This document shows positions 63,342 to 64,000 of a stretch of 64,000 nt of DNA, piece after piece. The stretch's first letter is position 1. Each line of letters starts with the position of its first letter. The DNA comes from a virus. The notes beneath the pieces were generated by a model. That model was not told the DNA's origin, did not search any database, and saw only the letters and a program-made list of their open reading frames with translations. The position numbers were made by a program, and so were the translations under genes. The stretch covers positions 2,177 through 66,176 of the IMG/VR virus record IMGVR_UViG_3300037297_000388. One strand, 5' to 3'.

Positions 63342-63704
63342 ATGGGCGGTGAATATTACCCGCATGGGCGGATTCAAATCGAGGGGGTTGGTGACATGCT
63401 GGACGTAACCACCATAAAGCATGATGTCAGCAACCAGGGAAAGCTCGTCCACACGTTGGGGTCTACGGGATGGACCACCGGCAACAACGAGCACGACATT
63501 ACGTTTGACGTGGCGATTCCGGCAACTGGTTTTACCATGGATTTCATTGAGTGTGTTGTCCGCCACCTCTCAAAAGAAGTCAGGGTGAAGATACCGGGAA
63601 AGACCATACAGTGCTTCGGTATCTTCACGGCGGTGTCTACGGATATGCCGATTGACGACGCCGTCAAACAGGGCGTCTCGTTTATCGGCGTATCGAGGCA
63701 ATAG
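63342..63704 (+). CDS. Tail tube protein
   Basis: AGGAGG RBS; ~120 aa directly after the sheath gene. Confidence 0.7.
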   Translation: MGGEYYPHGRIQIEGVGDMLDVTTIKHDVSNQGKLVHTLGSTGWTTGNNEHDITFDVAIPATGFTMDFIECVVRHLSKEVRVKIPGKTIQCFGIFTAVSTDMPIDDAVKQGVSFIGVSRQ

Positions 63705-64000
63705 ATGTCCATCAAAGAAAAAATGCTGAAGGCTGGTGCTCCGGGGCATGTAGCAGAGCAGCTGGCGACGATGGGCTGGGATAAGGTGGTCGAGCTCGAG
63801 AATGGCGGAGGGCTTCTGTTCCCTGCGAAACTCCAACGCATGAAGGGAAATGGCGAGTTCGAGTCGATAGACGTTTGCCTCAGGGTACCGCGTGAGCCAG
63901 ACCTCCGGAAGGCGAGAGTCATGGCCCGTCGGATGGCCGAAGAGCAAGGGCTCGACATGGATCGCGACAAAGACCTCATCGACAACTTCGAGACGATGTG
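63705..64000 (+). CDS. Probable tail assembly chaperone (3'-truncated)
   Basis: ATG right after the tube stop; frame is open to the window end; assigned by position. Confidence 0.5.
   Translation, partial: MSIKEKMLKAGAPGHVAEQLATMGWDKVVELENGGGLLFPAKLQRMKGNGEFESIDVCLRVPREPDLRKARVMARRMAEEQGLDMDRDKDLIDNFETM

Noticed and set aside
50968-63985. Numerous minus-strand and off-frame ORFs over the structural genes
   Set aside because: Antisense shadows typical of GC-rich coding DNA; no motifs or RBS

Overview
The whole window looks like a 64-kb slice of one tailed phage genome. Gene modules: replication (zinc-binding domain gene plus TOPRIM-DnaB fusion), excisionase/tyrosine integrase next to an attP-like tRNA-Arg(UCU) 3' fragment, a leftward block of small accessory genes, many small hypothetical genes, a lysis module, and a Mu-like head and contractile-tail module that runs off the right edge. 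Phage genes lie on both sides of the att core, so this looks like the non-integrated (attP) form. Host is uncertain; a Myxococcota/Desulfobacterota-like bacterium is only an inference. Four items stand out. (1) An array-less type IV-B-like CRISPR effector operon (Cas11-Csf2 fusion, csf1, cysH-like, csf3) with a methyltransferase, GNAT, degenerate helicase-like gene and IbrA/IbrB-like pair embedded in it. (2) Four dispersed ~145-bp copies of a tnpB 3' end/omegaRNA-like scaffold with no intact tnpB; one lies just upstream of the Csf genes and one separates the primase zinc domain from TOPRIM-DnaB. (3) A ~510-nt structured non-coding region bounded by two tRNA-like units with the same acceptor stem but anticodon arms replaced by long inserts, followed by an Acb2/Tad1-like gene. 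(4) A C5 methyltransferase encoded in two overlapping frames. All family assignments come from reading motifs by eye; no database search was run.
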